From assembly GCA_965205505.1 (NCBI GenBank), contig CBDBHB010000009.1:1888001-1952000 (forward strand): 64,000 nt of DNA, written 5' to 3'. The notes beneath the pieces are model-generated. The model worked only from the letters and a program-made list of their open reading frames with translations, was not told where the DNA came from and searched no databases. Made by a program: the position numbers and the translations under genes. The stretch comes from Acidobacteriota bacterium (lineage in GTDB: Bacteria; Acidobacteriota; UBA890; WLXD01). Position 1 is the first letter of the stretch, and each line of letters starts with the position of its first letter. Below, in pieces: positions 49,183-59,793 of the stretch.

Positions 49183-50790
49183 GCGTCCCTCCGGCGTAGA
49201 TCGCCAAGCACCTGCTTGGCGGCGTTGTGGCCTGGTGCCGCGGTAACACCTCCCCCGGGATGTGCGCCAGCGCCGCAGAGGTAGAGACCCTGCACAGGTG
49301 TCCGGTAGTGTGCCCATCCCGGCACAGGCCGCATGAAGAACAACTGTTCGAGACTCAAGTCACCGTGGAAGATGTTGCCCTCGGTGAGCCCGTAGGTACG
49401 CTCCAGGTCGAGAGGTGTGAGTACCTGTCGTGCTACCACCGCGCCAGGAACGTTGGGCGCGTACTGGCCAATCGTAGTAACCACGCGATCACCGAGCAGG
49501 TCGCGATTGTCGTCCCAGGTGCCCTCTTGCAGGTGGTAAGGCACATACTGCACGAAACAGCCGACAATATGCCTCCCGGGCGGCGCTAGCGTGTCGTCGA
49601 CGACGGAGGCCCACACACAATCGACCCACAGCTGTTCCGGGATCTCGCCCATCTTGGCGATGTCATAACAGCGCTCAGCGAACTCCAGCGATGGTACCAG
49701 CGTAAACAGCGATCATTGCTCGGGGCTAGCGTCCTCGGGCATGCCGTTCACGCGCGGCTCCTCTGACAGCACCAGGTTCACCTTGGCGCAGGGGCCGTCC
49801 ATCTTGATGCCAGCGATCGCCGACCGGAACTCGTCGTCAAGCACCTCGGCATCGACAAGTCCAAGGAACGTGCGCTTGGGGTCGGCGTTCGATACTACGG
49901 TTGCAGCAGTGATCTCGCTGCCGTCCTCCAGAACGACTCCGCGAGCGCGCCCGTCGCGTACGTCGATCCGGCTCACCGGGCTGGAGGTGCCGGATCTCCA
50001 CCCCGAATTGCCGGCAGGCAGTTGCCATGGCCTCGGTAATGGCGCCCATGCCACCGATGACGTGACCGGAGAAGCCCTGCTGGTCGTGCTCGCCGCCTGA
50101 GAGCAAATGGAACAGCAGTCCGATGGCGGTGCCGGGTTGGTAGGGGCCGCCGTGCTTGTCGTAAACGTTGTTGGCCAGAAACAACGCCTTGACCTCGTCG
50201 GATTCGTGGTTGCGATCCAGGAACTCGCCCAGGCTGCCGGTCAGAAACGACACCAGCCGGCCCATCTCGTCGCCGGTCATGCCGAGGAAACGTCGCCCCA
50301 CCCGGATGAGCTCTAGCAGGCCAGCGAAGCCGCGTGTGTGGACATCGGGGGGTGGCTCCATGAAGAACGGCTGCAGGTAGCGCGCTAGCCGCTTGAGCTC
50401 ATCGTCGACGCGCACGAAAGTGCGGGCGTCGCGCTGCGAGAAGCGGGCGAGCTCCGCGACAGTGCGATCACGGTCGTGCCACCATGGCAGCACGGTGCCG
50501 TTGGGAAACGCCACCTGCAGCGACGGATCGCACGGCACCATACGGAGTCCGTTCGCGCCCAGGTTCAGGTCACGGATTACCTCCGGACGCAACATGCTGG
50601 CGATATACGACGTGGTGGAGGCACGACATCCGGGAGCGATCTCCTCGGTAACGCAGGCGCCGCCGACGATCTCGCGCCGCTCGAGCACCAGCGTGCGCAG
50701 GCCCGCTTTGGCGAGATAGGCCGCTGCCACCAGGCCGTTGTGCCCGGCACCGACAACGATGACATCGAAGTCCGTGTTGCTGTGGCTCAT
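49179..50790 (-). pseudogene. Phytoene desaturase-like (PYROXD2-type) FAD oxidoreductase with frameshift near 49990 and in-frame TGA at 49713-49715
   Basis: VGAGHNGLVAAAYLA / GGMGAITEA / SNADPKRTF / TPLDLE...GNIFHG...GAHPGGGV are split across ORFs. Confidence 0.88.
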
Positions 50791-50895
50791 GGCTCGCGAA
50801 GCTGGTTGCCGAGAACGACGGTTGCGGGGAGCTGTGCTTGCGGGAAACCTGCGTCGGGTCGCCGCGAACAGGCGGTTGGCAGCGCCGAGAACCTT

Positions 50896-52164
50896 CTAGC
50901 CGATTCCCTGCCAGAGGTCCTCGACCCGGAACACCACCTCGCCGTTGGCGCGCACCTTCCACGCGGTGATCGGATTCAGATGGTACGAAGCGTCAGGACG
51001 ACCCCGCACTTTAACCAATTCCGATCCGGTGGGTTGTACGTAGCCGGTCTCGTCGACGGCGCGGCTGAGGATCTGGGTCTCGGCGCCGTTCCAGCGCCAC
51101 AAGTGACGGAAGCGCGTGTGCGCCTTAGAAAGCACAGGTGACTGGAGCTCTGCCGGTGTCCACGAGCGGCCGGAGTCGGTGCTGATGTCGACGCGCCGAA
51201 TCTTGTCGCGGCCGCTCCATGCGAGGCCGCGGATCTCCACCCAGCCTGGTTGCAGACGATTCGGGTAGGCGGGAAAGGTGATGATCGAGCGCGCGTCCAT
51301 GACGAAGCTGAACATGTGAGCGGTGCCGTCTGTGTATACCTCGGTATATCGGGCGGTTTCCTCACGGGTCATGAACGGGGCATCCGCCACCTCGATACGA
51401 CGCAGCCATTTGACGCTGGCGTTGCCCTCCCATCCTGGCAGCAGCAAGCGCATCGGGTAGCCCTGCTCGGGGCGCATCGCCTCGCCGTTCTGCGCGTAAG
51501 CGATCATGGCGTCGTCCCAGCCCTTGCTCATGGGCACGCTACGGGTCATCACCGCGGCGTCGCTTCCCTCGGCGAGGAACCACGTCGCCTTCGGCTTGAC
51601 GCCGACCTCGCGGAAGAGGGTCGATAGCAATACCCCGGTCCATTCACTCTGGCTGGTCATGCCACAGATGTCACCGGGGGTATTCTCTTCGCGTCCGTAC
51701 CAGTAGAGGTTGCCGGCGCACTCGAGAAAGCAGATCCGGGACACCGCCGGGAAGCGCTTGAGCTCATGGAGCGAGAGCTTCAGCGGTCGGTCGACCATCC
51801 CGTGAATGAGCAGGTGGTGGCGATCGGGGTCGATCTGCGGAACCCCTCCGTGGTGTCGCTCGAAGTGGAGCCCCGAGGGCGTGATCATCCCGTACAGGTC
51901 TTGCAAGGGCGTGCGTGCGCCGCGCTCGCTGGTGAGGATGCGCTCGGGTCGTTCGAACGGGGAGCGGCCGCCGATTGCGCTCGAGGCGGCGCCCGGCACC
52001 TTGGTGGGATCCTCCGGGGTTGCCTGTACGTTCTGGGCCGTCGTCTGCACCACCCTGCCGTCTGCGGTGCGCGTCAGCACGACACCGGCGGTGGCAGTGG
52101 CCACGGTGATCAGCTTACGGCGGCTGATGAGGTCGGCGCGGTTGATCGTCTCGTTATCGTTCAT
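50896..52164 (-). CDS. soxC: Sulfite/sulfane dehydrogenase molybdopterin subunit
   Basis: Tat-like SRRKL, ITPSGLHFERHHGGVP, FLECAGN, RPEQGYP.RL..PGWEG...KWLRR. Confidence 0.9.
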   Translation of the reverse strand: MNDNETINRADLISRRKLITVATATAGVVLTRTADGRVVQTTAQNVQATPEDPTKVPGAASSAIGGRSPFERPERILTSERGARTPLQDLYGMITPSGLHFERHHGGVPQIDPDRHHLLIHGMVDRPLKLSLHELKRFPAVSRICFLECAGNLYWYGREENTPGDICGMTSQSEWTGVLLSTLFREVGVKPKATWFLAEGSDAAVMTRSVPMSKGWDDAMIAYAQNGEAMRPEQGYPMRLLLPGWEGNASVKWLRRIEVADAPFMTREETARYTEVYTDGTAHMFSFVMDARSIITFPAYPNRLQPGWVEIRGLAWSGRDKIRRVDISTDSGRSWTPAELQSPVLSKAHTRFRHLWRWNGAETQILSRAVDETGYVQPTGSELVKVRGRPDASYHLNPITAWKVRANGEVVFRVEDLWQGIG

Positions 52165-52801
52165 GGACCCGGAAACGATCGACGGCCGGCATGACCACGC
52201 GTGGCAATGACTCGCGGTTCATCTGGATGTCCTCGGGAACGATCTCGTTGAGATGCAGCAGGTAGGCGGTGAGGCCGTAGACCTCATCATCGGTCAGGGC
52301 GCCGGGAGTGTCGGGTGGCATGGTGCGGCGTATGTAGTCGAACAACGTGGTCGCATACGGCCAGTAACTGCCGATCGTCTTCGGTTGGGTCGGATCCTCC
52401 GCGAACGGGAAGGCGTCGCCGGGCTGACGCCCCACGAGGATGTTGTAGGGGCCCTCGATGCCGGTGGCCCCATGGCAGACGCTGCAGCCAGCGGCGTAGA
52501 CGGCGGCACCTGACGCGACGGTGCCGCTACCGGGCGGCAACCCGGTGCCGTCCGTCCGTACGTCGATGTCCCAGGCAGCGATCTCCGCGGCACTGGGAGA
52601 GTGTCCGAAACCGAAGCGCTCCGGCCATTCCTTCTGGGGGCCGTTTTGTGCTCCGGCTCCGTCCGTTCGCGCCCCGGCTGCCGGCACGCTGTTTGCCGGC
52701 GGCTCTGCCGCTTGCGCGTTGGCCGCTGCGGAACCCGCCTGAGTCAGCAGCAGGGCCGCGGCCAGCAGGGCCGCACTCCTCACTGATCCGCGCACCGACA
52801 C
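52154..52801 (-). CDS. soxD: SoxD-like monoheme cytochrome c (start uncertain)
   Basis: AWDIDVRTDGTGLPPGSG, CSVCHG, TIGSYWPYATTLFDYIRRTMP. Confidence 0.85.
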   Translation of the reverse strand: MSVRGSVRSAALLAAALLLTQAGSAAANAQAAEPPANSVPAAGARTDGAGAQNGPQKEWPERFGFGHSPSAAEIAAWDIDVRTDGTGLPPGSGTVASGAAVYAAGCSVCHGATGIEGPYNILVGRQPGDAFPFAEDPTQPKTIGSYWPYATTLFDYIRRTMPPDTPGALTDDEVYGLTAYLLHLNEIVPEDIQMNRESLPRVVMPAVDRFRVHER

Positions 52802-52982
52802 ACGCTGGTCGAACGGCGCTGCAGGCTGGCACAGCTGGATTGGTGCACCTTGCGTGCCTGGCTCGGCTCGACGGAAAGAGATCGCTCGGTGCATCGTCAC
52901 GCGATGATACCGTTCGTGCGCGGGCGATGTCAGGAAAACCGGCCGCCGAGTTCGGCGACCGGCGAAAGGACGGGAGGGCACG

Positions 52983-53966
52983 ATGGCGAGACGCGCGCTG
53001 ACCGCGCTGGCGGTTCCCTTGTTGGTTTGCGTGGCGTGCGCTCCGTCGCCGCCGGATCTGCCCGCCGCCGGCGCCGCCGAGACTGGCGGTGCGGTAGGTA
53101 GTTCGCTGGCCGGATTGGCAGACGGGGTGGTCTCTCGCGTGCATGAGATGGCCGCCGGTGTGTTCCTCTATGAGCAGCTAGCCGGTCCGAACGAGGAGGT
53201 AGTAACTACCGTCAGCATGTTCGTGGCGACCTCCGACGGTGTACTGGTGGCCGACGGACAGGGAAGCCCCGAAGACACCCAACGGCTGATCGACGAGATC
53301 GCCAAGGTCACCGCCGAGCCGATCACACACGTGGTGATCTGCTCGGACCACGGTGACCACACGCGCGGTAATGTGGCGTTTCCGGCAGACACCGTCTTCT
53401 ACGCGCATCCGACGTCTGCGGCGACGCTGGAGGCGAGCGCCAACCGGCCGGATCAGCCCGCCGACTCCCCGCCGGTCATCACGCCGACCGCGCTCGTTGA
53501 TGAGCGGCTGGTCTTGCAGATGGGCGGAAAGGAGATCCAGATCCTGTTTCTGGGCCGTGCCCACACCGGCGGCGACCTGGTGGTTTATCTGCCGGCCGAG
53601 AAGATCCTCTTCATGGGCGAGACCTACTTCAACGACATGTTCCCGGCGATGGCTACTGCCTACCCGACGGAGTGGATGGCCATGATCGAGAAGGTCGAGG
53701 CGATGGATGTCGACATGTACGTCCCCGGCCATGCGGTGGTCGGCTCCGCGGAGATTCTCGGCAGGCCGCGGCTGACCATCCACCGCGACGCTGTGGGGCA
53801 GGTGATCTCCGAGGTCACGCGCCTCCACGCTGCCGGCCTCAGCGCCGACGAGGCGGTGGAACAGGCGGACTTCGGCGATCTGGAGAGCTGGGTCGATCGG
53901 TCGCTGCAGGGTGCGCGCGCCGTGCGGCGGGTTTACATGGAGCTCGACGGCGAGCTGCCTGGCTGA
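52983..53966 (+). CDS. MBL-fold lipoprotein
   Basis: Lipobox; SDHGDH, AHTGGD, VPGH. Confidence 0.82.
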   Translation: MARRALTALAVPLLVCVACAPSPPDLPAAGAAETGGAVGSSLAGLADGVVSRVHEMAAGVFLYEQLAGPNEEVVTTVSMFVATSDGVLVADGQGSPEDTQRLIDEIAKVTAEPITHVVICSDHGDHTRGNVAFPADTVFYAHPTSAATLEASANRPDQPADSPPVITPTALVDERLVLQMGGKEIQILFLGRAHTGGDLVVYLPAEKILFMGETYFNDMFPAMATAYPTEWMAMIEKVEAMDVDMYVPGHAVVGSAEILGRPRLTIHRDAVGQVISEVTRLHAAGLSADEAVEQADFGDLESWVDRSLQGARAVRRVYMELDGELPG

Positions 53967-54202
53967 TGAGGGGGCACGCCGCGGTAGCGGCGCAGCCGGC
54001 CCCGTTCTTACAGCTGCTGCGGCCCCAGCCCCCTCCGCGCTTCGAGACGGGTGGCCCGGTTGTCGCAACCTGGCCGGACTTGGCCGCTCCTGGCCACTCT
54101 TGTCCGCGCCCGCGTCTTGTGGAGGTGGCTAGGAGTTGGGTACGCTGCCGCCGGCCGCGCTCAACGCACGTGCCGATTGACTTGTTAGATCCGGGAGTAC
54201 CC

Positions 54203-56677
54203 ATGACCGATCGCCGCGCGCCTTTCAGTTCTGCCCTCGGCTCGATGCTTCGGATAGTCACCTGTCGCTTGGGGATCGCCTGCGGGTTGCTGCTGGGTCT
54301 GACGATCCCTGCATCGGGCGTTCTCGCCCAGGAATCGGCCCTGCTCGAGGTCTCCGGCCTCTACCAGCCGGTCGAGATCCTCGTCGACCGGTGGGGTATC
54401 AGCCATATCTATGCTGAGACCGAGCACGACCTGTTCTTCACCCAGGGCTGGAACGCGGCACGCGACCGGCTATTTCAACTCGAGCTCTGGCGCCGTCAGG
54501 CAACCGGGACCGTGGCCGAGATCCTCGGGCCGCGTGAGATCGAGCGCGATAGGGGAACTCGGCTGTTCAAGTTCCGTCGCAATCTGGAACAAGAGCTGAG
54601 CCACTATCACCCCAACGGGGTGGCGATCATCGGTGCCTACGTTGACGGCATCAACGCCTATGTCGAGCGAACTCGGCGTGATCCGAGCCTGTTGCCGATC
54701 GAGTTCGAGTTGCTCGGCATCAGCCCCGGGAGGTGGACGTCGGAGATCGTCATCTCGCGGCACCAGGGACTTCTAGGAAACATTGGTGCGGAGCTGCGTA
54801 CCGGTCGGTTGGTCGCCGAGCTGGGCGCGGCGAAGGTGAAGGACCTCGGTACGTACGGGCCCGGTGATCCGCTGCTGGCGCTCGACCCAGAGATTGATAG
54901 GGCGGCGCTCTCTGCCGACATCCTCGGCGTATACAACGCCTTCCGAGGCCGCGTGCGCTTCCGACCTGAGGACATCGTTGCCGAGCATCGCGGCGACGCC
55001 GAGTCCTTCGCCCGGCTCGAGCGTGCGGCCGAGGCCTCCAGCACGGCGCTCGCCTACGACCCGGAACTGGACGTCGGCTCCAACAACTGGGTGGTCAGCG
55101 GCGCCCGCTCCGAGAGCGGCTATCCGATCATGGCAAACGACCCCCATCGGGTGCAGGCGGCGCCGTCGTTGCGGTACTGGGTACACCTCGTGGGGCCCGG
55201 CTGGAACGTCATCGGTGGGGGCGAGCCCAGCCTCCCGGGTGTCTCGATCGGGCACAACGGCCACGGTGCCTGGGGGCTGACGGTGTTCCAGACCGACGCC
55301 GAGGATCTCTACGTCTACGAGACCAACCCGGCGAACACCAACGAGTATCGCTACCGTGGGGAGTGGCAGCCGATGACGGTGCTCGTCGAACAGATCCCGG
55401 TGAGCGGACAGAATGCACATCGCGCCGAGCTCAAGTACACGCGCCACGGCCCGGTGGTCTTCGAGGATCACAATCGCAACCTCGCATACGCGGTGCGCGC
55501 CGGCTGGATGGAGATCGGTGGGTCGCCTTACTTGGGCTCGTTGCGCATGGACCAGGCGACGACCTGGGAGGAGTTCGTCGAGGCGAGCAACTACTCCAAC
55601 ATCCCAGGCGAGAACATGGTCTGGGCGGGACGCGACGGCACCATCGGCTGGCAGGCCGTGGGTATCGCTCCCATACGTCGCAACTGGAGCGGCCTGGTAC
55701 CGGTCCCCGGCGACGGCCGCTATGAATGGGATGGCTACCTGCCGATCAAGGCCAAGCCCCATGTCGTGAACCCACCCGAGGGCTATTTCGCCACCGCCAA
55801 CAACGACCTGGTGCCACGTGACTACGAGTACATGGACGCGATCGGCTTCAGCTGGTCGGACCCGTATCGCTGGTTGCGGTTGGTTGAGGTGCTCGGCAGC
55901 GGCACACGCTTCTCGATCGCCGACATGATGCGCCTGCAGACCGACGAGCTGTCGATTCCGGCGCGGCAACTGGTGCCGCTGCTCGAGGAGGTCGAGGCTG
56001 GCGACGATCGCACCGAGCGCGCCCGGCAGCTTCTGCTCGAGTGGGACTACGTGGTCGATAAGCGGTCGGCCGCCGCCGGGCTGTACGTGGCCTGGGAAGC
56101 GCAGTTGCGCCGCAGCGTCAACGCCGCTCTGGTGCCGCCGGCAGCTCGAATGGGCCTGTCGTTGAAGAAGACGATTGACACGATCATGATCCCGCCCGGT
56201 ACGCTCGGAAGCGACCCCCTACGTGCCCGCGACCAGATCCTACTGGATGCTCTCGAGTCAGCGGTCGAAGTGTTGACTCAGAAGCTCGGGCCCGACCCTG
56301 CCGACTGGGTCTACGGCCAGTCCGACTACAAGCACGTCACCCTGCGCCACCCGTTGGGGACAGCGGTGAGCGAGTCGATGCGGGCCCGGCTCGAGGTCGG
56401 CCCGCACCCGCGCGGTGGCTACAGCTACACCGTCAACCAGACCAGCGGCGCCGACAACCAGACGTCCGGGGCGTCGTTCCGGATCATCATCGATACCGGC
56501 GACTGGGATCGCGGCGTGGGGATGAACACGCCCGGGCAGAGCGGCGATCCCGACTCACCCTTCTACCGCAACCTCTTCGAGGACTGGGCGAACGATCGGT
56601 TCCATCCAGTCTTTTATTCCCGGGATAAGATCGAGGCGGCGACGGCGATGCGAATCGAGCTCACGCCGGGAAGCTAG
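54203..56677 (+). CDS. Penicillin acylase family Ntn-hydrolase
   Basis: DRWGISHIYA, ARDRLFQ, GSNNWVV, ANDPH, PGQSGDP.SPFY. Confidence 0.93.
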   Translation: MTDRRAPFSSALGSMLRIVTCRLGIACGLLLGLTIPASGVLAQESALLEVSGLYQPVEILVDRWGISHIYAETEHDLFFTQGWNAARDRLFQLELWRRQATGTVAEILGPREIERDRGTRLFKFRRNLEQELSHYHPNGVAIIGAYVDGINAYVERTRRDPSLLPIEFELLGISPGRWTSEIVISRHQGLLGNIGAELRTGRLVAELGAAKVKDLGTYGPGDPLLALDPEIDRAALSADILGVYNAFRGRVRFRPEDIVAEHRGDAESFARLERAAEASSTALAYDPELDVGSNNWVVSGARSESGYPIMANDPHRVQAAPSLRYWVHLVGPGWNVIGGGEPSLPGVSIGHNGHGAWGLTVFQTDAEDLYVYETNPANTNEYRYRGEWQPMTVLVEQIPVSGQNAHRAELKYTRHGPVVFEDHNRNLAYAVRAGWMEIGGSPYLGSLRMDQATTWEEFVEASNYSNIPGENMVWAGRDGTIGWQAVGIAPIRRNWSGLVPVPGDGRYEWDGYLPIKAKPHVVNPPEGYFATANNDLVPRDYEYMDAIGFSWSDPYRWLRLVEVLGSGTRFSIADMMRLQTDELSIPARQLVPLLEEVEAGDDRTERARQLLLEWDYVVDKRSAAAGLYVAWEAQLRRSVNAALVPPAARMGLSLKKTIDTIMIPPGTLGSDPLRARDQILLDALESAVEVLTQKLGPDPADWVYGQSDYKHVTLRHPLGTAVSESMRARLEVGPHPRGGYSYTVNQTSGADNQTSGASFRIIIDTGDWDRGVGMNTPGQSGDPDSPFYRNLFEDWANDRFHPVFYSRDKIEAATAMRIELTPGS

Positions 56678-56772
56678 AGGACACTAGCAGTCCGTGGTGG
56701 AAGTGTGGCGGGTCTAGCGATACGGTCTTGCGAGGCGTAGGCACCAGGCCACCACTTTTCACCACGGACCGC
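56674..56772. repeat. Type D stub plus internally deleted type B element
   Basis: CTAGAGGACACTAG then CAGTCCGTGGTGGAAGTGTGGCGGGTCT...CACTTTTCACCACGGAC; sits on the acylase TAG. Confidence 0.75.
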
Positions 56773-56829
56773 CACGCGGTTCGGGGTCGCTCTCGCAGCG
56801 ACCGGTTCAGAAACCAAGGAGCGGGAACC

Positions 56830-57285
56830 ATGAAGCGAGCGCTATTCGGCGTCACGGCAATCGGTTTGATGATCGTGGGCGCGCTGGCGGCGACGGCGGT
56901 CGCCGGCGAGGATGTTGTCAGGCCGGCAGAGCTGACCGCGGCGGAGATCGCGGGAGCCATCTTCGATCACCCGGAGATCGTGGTGACTACGCGCAACGAT
57001 CGCACCACGCACGATTTCATCACGCACCTGAGTAGCGACAAGAACTTCGTCAGCGGCATGTATCGCGCCACCGAGGGGCACTGGACCTACCACGACAAGC
57101 CGTACGGCGTCGACGAGTTCATGTACTTCATCGAGGGCAGCGTTACGCTGACCTCGGAGGACGGCACGGTGCAGGTGATCGAGGCCGGCGAAGCGGCGAC
57201 CATTCCGAAGGAATGGAAGGGCACCTGGGACACAATGGGCTATAGCAAGATCTACGTGATCTACTCGGCCGACGGAGTCGAGTAG
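56830..57285 (+). CDS. Secreted cupin (EutQ/DUF861-like)
   Basis: Signal peptide; EFMYFIEGSVTL...IPKEWKGTW. Confidence 0.8.
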   Translation: MKRALFGVTAIGLMIVGALAATAVAGEDVVRPAELTAAEIAGAIFDHPEIVVTTRNDRTTHDFITHLSSDKNFVSGMYRATEGHWTYHDKPYGVDEFMYFIEGSVTLTSEDGTVQVIEAGEAATIPKEWKGTWDTMGYSKIYVIYSADGVE

Positions 57286-58379
57286 GCGTCCAGATAGGCG
57301 TCGATCACCGGGTCGACGTAGTCGCCGCTGTCGAAGTCGCCGCGGTTCGAAAGCAGGATCACCGTTAGCCCGATCTCCGGATGTCGTGCGATGTGCGTCC
57401 GGAAGCCCACCCAGCTGCCACCGTGCGCGATGCGCTGGTAGCCACGGTAGTCGCCGATCGTGAAGCCGAAGCCGTAGCCGGTGTCCTCTCCGTTGTTGAG
57501 TCTCGCGGGCGTGAACGCTTCCTGCAGGGTTGCGCTGCTGACCAGCACCACTGTGTAGAGTGCCTGGTCCCACTTGTAGAGGTCCTCGAGGGTGGAGAAC
57601 ATGCTGCCCGAGCCGACGATGCCGTTGAGTGGGTGCTGGTCGTTCTCCACGTACCCATCACCGTCCGGGTTGTAACCGACGACGCGACGAGCGATGTGCG
57701 GACCAGTGTGATCGTGAATCAGGGAGTCGTCCATCTCCAGCCGAGCGAAGACGCGCTCGCGCATGAAATCAGCGAAGCCCATCCCGGACGCCGCTTCCAC
57801 CACTACCGCCAGCATGTCGTAGCCGGGATTGCTGTACTCGTAGCGCTCACCTGGCGGAAACAGTGGCTCACCCGTCTTCGCCAGCTGCGCTAGCGCGTCC
57901 GCGTTGGACGGCATGCCCCGCGAGGTGTCGATGTCGTTGTAATAGCCCGGCAGACCGCCCTGGTGGTGCAGGAGGTGTCGAATCGTGATGCCCTCGCCGT
58001 AGCGGGCCAGCTCGGGCAGGTGATGGGCGATGGGATCGTCGTAGTCCAAGTCGCCGCTCTCGGCCAGCAGCATGATCGCCATGGCGGTGAACTGCTTGGA
58101 GAAGGAACCGAGTCGGAACGTCGAGTCGGCGCCGATGGGGACCCCGTGTTCGATTTCCGCGTAGCCATAGCCAGCGCTGTGCACTACCTCGCCGTCGCGA
58201 ATCACCATGACCGCGACGCCAGGCTGAATGCCCTCGGTGTAGTGGGCGAACAGGGCATCGACCTGCGCCGACGGTTCCAACTGCGGGGTCTCGACCGCCG
58301 GGGCAGCACCACAGGCGAGCTCCAGGCACGACAGCAGAGCAGCCATCAGCGGGCGGCCGCGCGCCGGCCTGCTAGGCAT
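57261..58379 (-). CDS. Serine hydrolase, beta-lactamase/class C-like lipoprotein
   Basis: SFSK (SxxK), YSN, HGG. Confidence 0.9.
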   Translation of the reverse strand: MPSRPARGRPLMAALLSCLELACGAAPAVETPQLEPSAQVDALFAHYTEGIQPGVAVMVIRDGEVVHSAGYGYAEIEHGVPIGADSTFRLGSFSKQFTAMAIMLLAESGDLDYDDPIAHHLPELARYGEGITIRHLLHHQGGLPGYYNDIDTSRGMPSNADALAQLAKTGEPLFPPGERYEYSNPGYDMLAVVVEAASGMGFADFMRERVFARLEMDDSLIHDHTGPHIARRVVGYNPDGDGYVENDQHPLNGIVGSGSMFSTLEDLYKWDQALYTVVLVSSATLQEAFTPARLNNGEDTGYGFGFTIGDYRGYQRIAHGGSWVGFRTHIARHPEIGLTVILLSNRGDFDSGDYVDPVIDAYLDAYSTPSAE

Positions 58380-59793
58380 GCTGTCCTCCGTTGGCGCCCG
58401 CGGCGTCGAGGGCGTCGCGGATCATCCGCCGCTGCTGGGCGGGGTCAGACCAGCGCCGCTGGCTCTCGACGGGGAGCATGGGGATGGGGTCGAAATACAG
58501 GAAGTAGCCATCCTTGACCGACGGCGCCGTGTAGACGCTGATGCCAGTATCCGGATCGTAGTGTTCGTACGAGTGGATGTCGCGCTTGCCACCGCCGCCG
58601 GGCGCGTCGACGACCACGGTGGGGGTGTTGAATCCCGCCGTCACGCCACGCACGCGCTTCTCCACGGCGATGCCGGTGGCGACGGTGGTGCGTAGGTCCT
58701 CGACGCCCTTCACCAGATCGTGCATGTATACGTAGTATGGGTGCACGTTGATGTAGCTGAGCCGTTTGACCAGCCGCTGCATGGTGGCGACCTTGTCGTT
58801 CACCCCGCGCTGCATGACGCTCTGGTTGCGCGACGTCACGCCGCGCTCGAACAGCACGTTCATGGCGTCGTGCGTAATGCCGGTGATCTCGCGCCCAGTG
58901 TTGAAGTGCGTGTGCAGCACTACCTCCTTGCCGAGCTGCCTGCCGCGCTCGTGCACGTCGGTAAGCGCATCAACCCACTCGTGGTCGGTGAGTAGCTTCT
59001 GCGGCATGACCGCCGGGCCTTTGGTGGCGAACCGCATGCGGCGAATATGATCGATCTCCAACAGCGTCAAGCCGATGGTGCGGATCTGCTCGGCACGCAG
59101 GTTGTAGGCATCGCCACCGGAGATGACGATGTCCTCGAGCTCGGGGCGCGAGCGCACGTACTCGAACATGAGATCCCAGCGCTCGGTGTTGACCTTCAGC
59201 TGGACCTTCTCGACTTCCTCGGTGTCGATACCCACCGCGTAGCTTCGAGTGCAGAATCGGCAGTACACCGGACATGTATCGAGGGCGAGAAATAGCGCCT
59301 TGTCGGGATAGCGGTGCGTCAAGCCGGGCACCGGAGCGTCGGCCTGCTCGTGCAGCGAGTCGAGCTCTAGCTTGGGATGGTCGGGCAATAGCCGCGATCC
59401 GACCGGGATGAACTGGATACGTAGCGGGTCCTCGTAGGGGTCCTCCCAGTTGATCAGACTGAGAAGATAGGGGGAGACCCGTACGCTCATGGGCGAGTGC
59501 TCGAAGCCGTTGCGCACGTCCTCGATGAATGCGTCGCTCACCAGCCCGCTGAGCGCCGCCAGCAGTTTCTTCGGTGTCGTGATCGAGTTTCTCGCCTGCC
59601 ACAAGTGGTCGAGGAACTGCGGCTCCGAGACGTCGCCGTATGCCGGAACATCGCGCCAGAACTCGCCCCGAACCAGATCGCGATGCCCGAGCGCCGACGG
59701 ATCGACCGAGTCCTTGAGATACGGGGCGGCTGCGCCTTCTACTTCGGTGGTTTTCAGCGTGCTCGACGACATGATTCCGATCCTTTGCTTCAC
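58372..59793 (-). CDS. KamA-family radical SAM aminomutase
   Basis: GLTHRYPDK, CPVYCRFCTR, SGGD, HFN, NQSV, DAPGGGGK (PLP Lys). Confidence 0.92.
   Translation of the reverse strand: MKQRIGIMSSSTLKTTEVEGAAAPYLKDSVDPSALGHRDLVRGEFWRDVPAYGDVSEPQFLDHLWQARNSITTPKKLLAALSGLVSDAFIEDVRNGFEHSPMSVRVSPYLLSLINWEDPYEDPLRIQFIPVGSRLLPDHPKLELDSLHEQADAPVPGLTHRYPDKALFLALDTCPVYCRFCTRSYAVGIDTEEVEKVQLKVNTERWDLMFEYVRSRPELEDIVISGGDAYNLRAEQIRTIGLTLLEIDHIRRMRFATKGPAVMPQKLLTDHEWVDALTDVHERGRQLGKEVVLHTHFNTGREITGITHDAMNVLFERGVTSRNQSVMQRGVNDKVATMQRLVKRLSYINVHPYYVYMHDLVKGVEDLRTTVATGIAVEKRVRGVTAGFNTPTVVVDAPGGGGKRDIHSYEHYDPDTGISVYTAPSVKDGYFLYFDPIPMLPVESQRRWSDPAQQRRMIRDALDAAGANGGQHA

Noticed and set aside
53672-54202. Long N-terminal extensions of track ORFs (acylase; likewise sat, recN, CoA-transferase, arsC)
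   Set aside because: They overlap upstream genes. Family homology and RBS point to later starts.
54773-55969. Long antisense ORFs (also 1694-2749, 14408-15382, 60777-61688)
   Set aside because: Typical high-GC shadow frames opposite well-supported genes.
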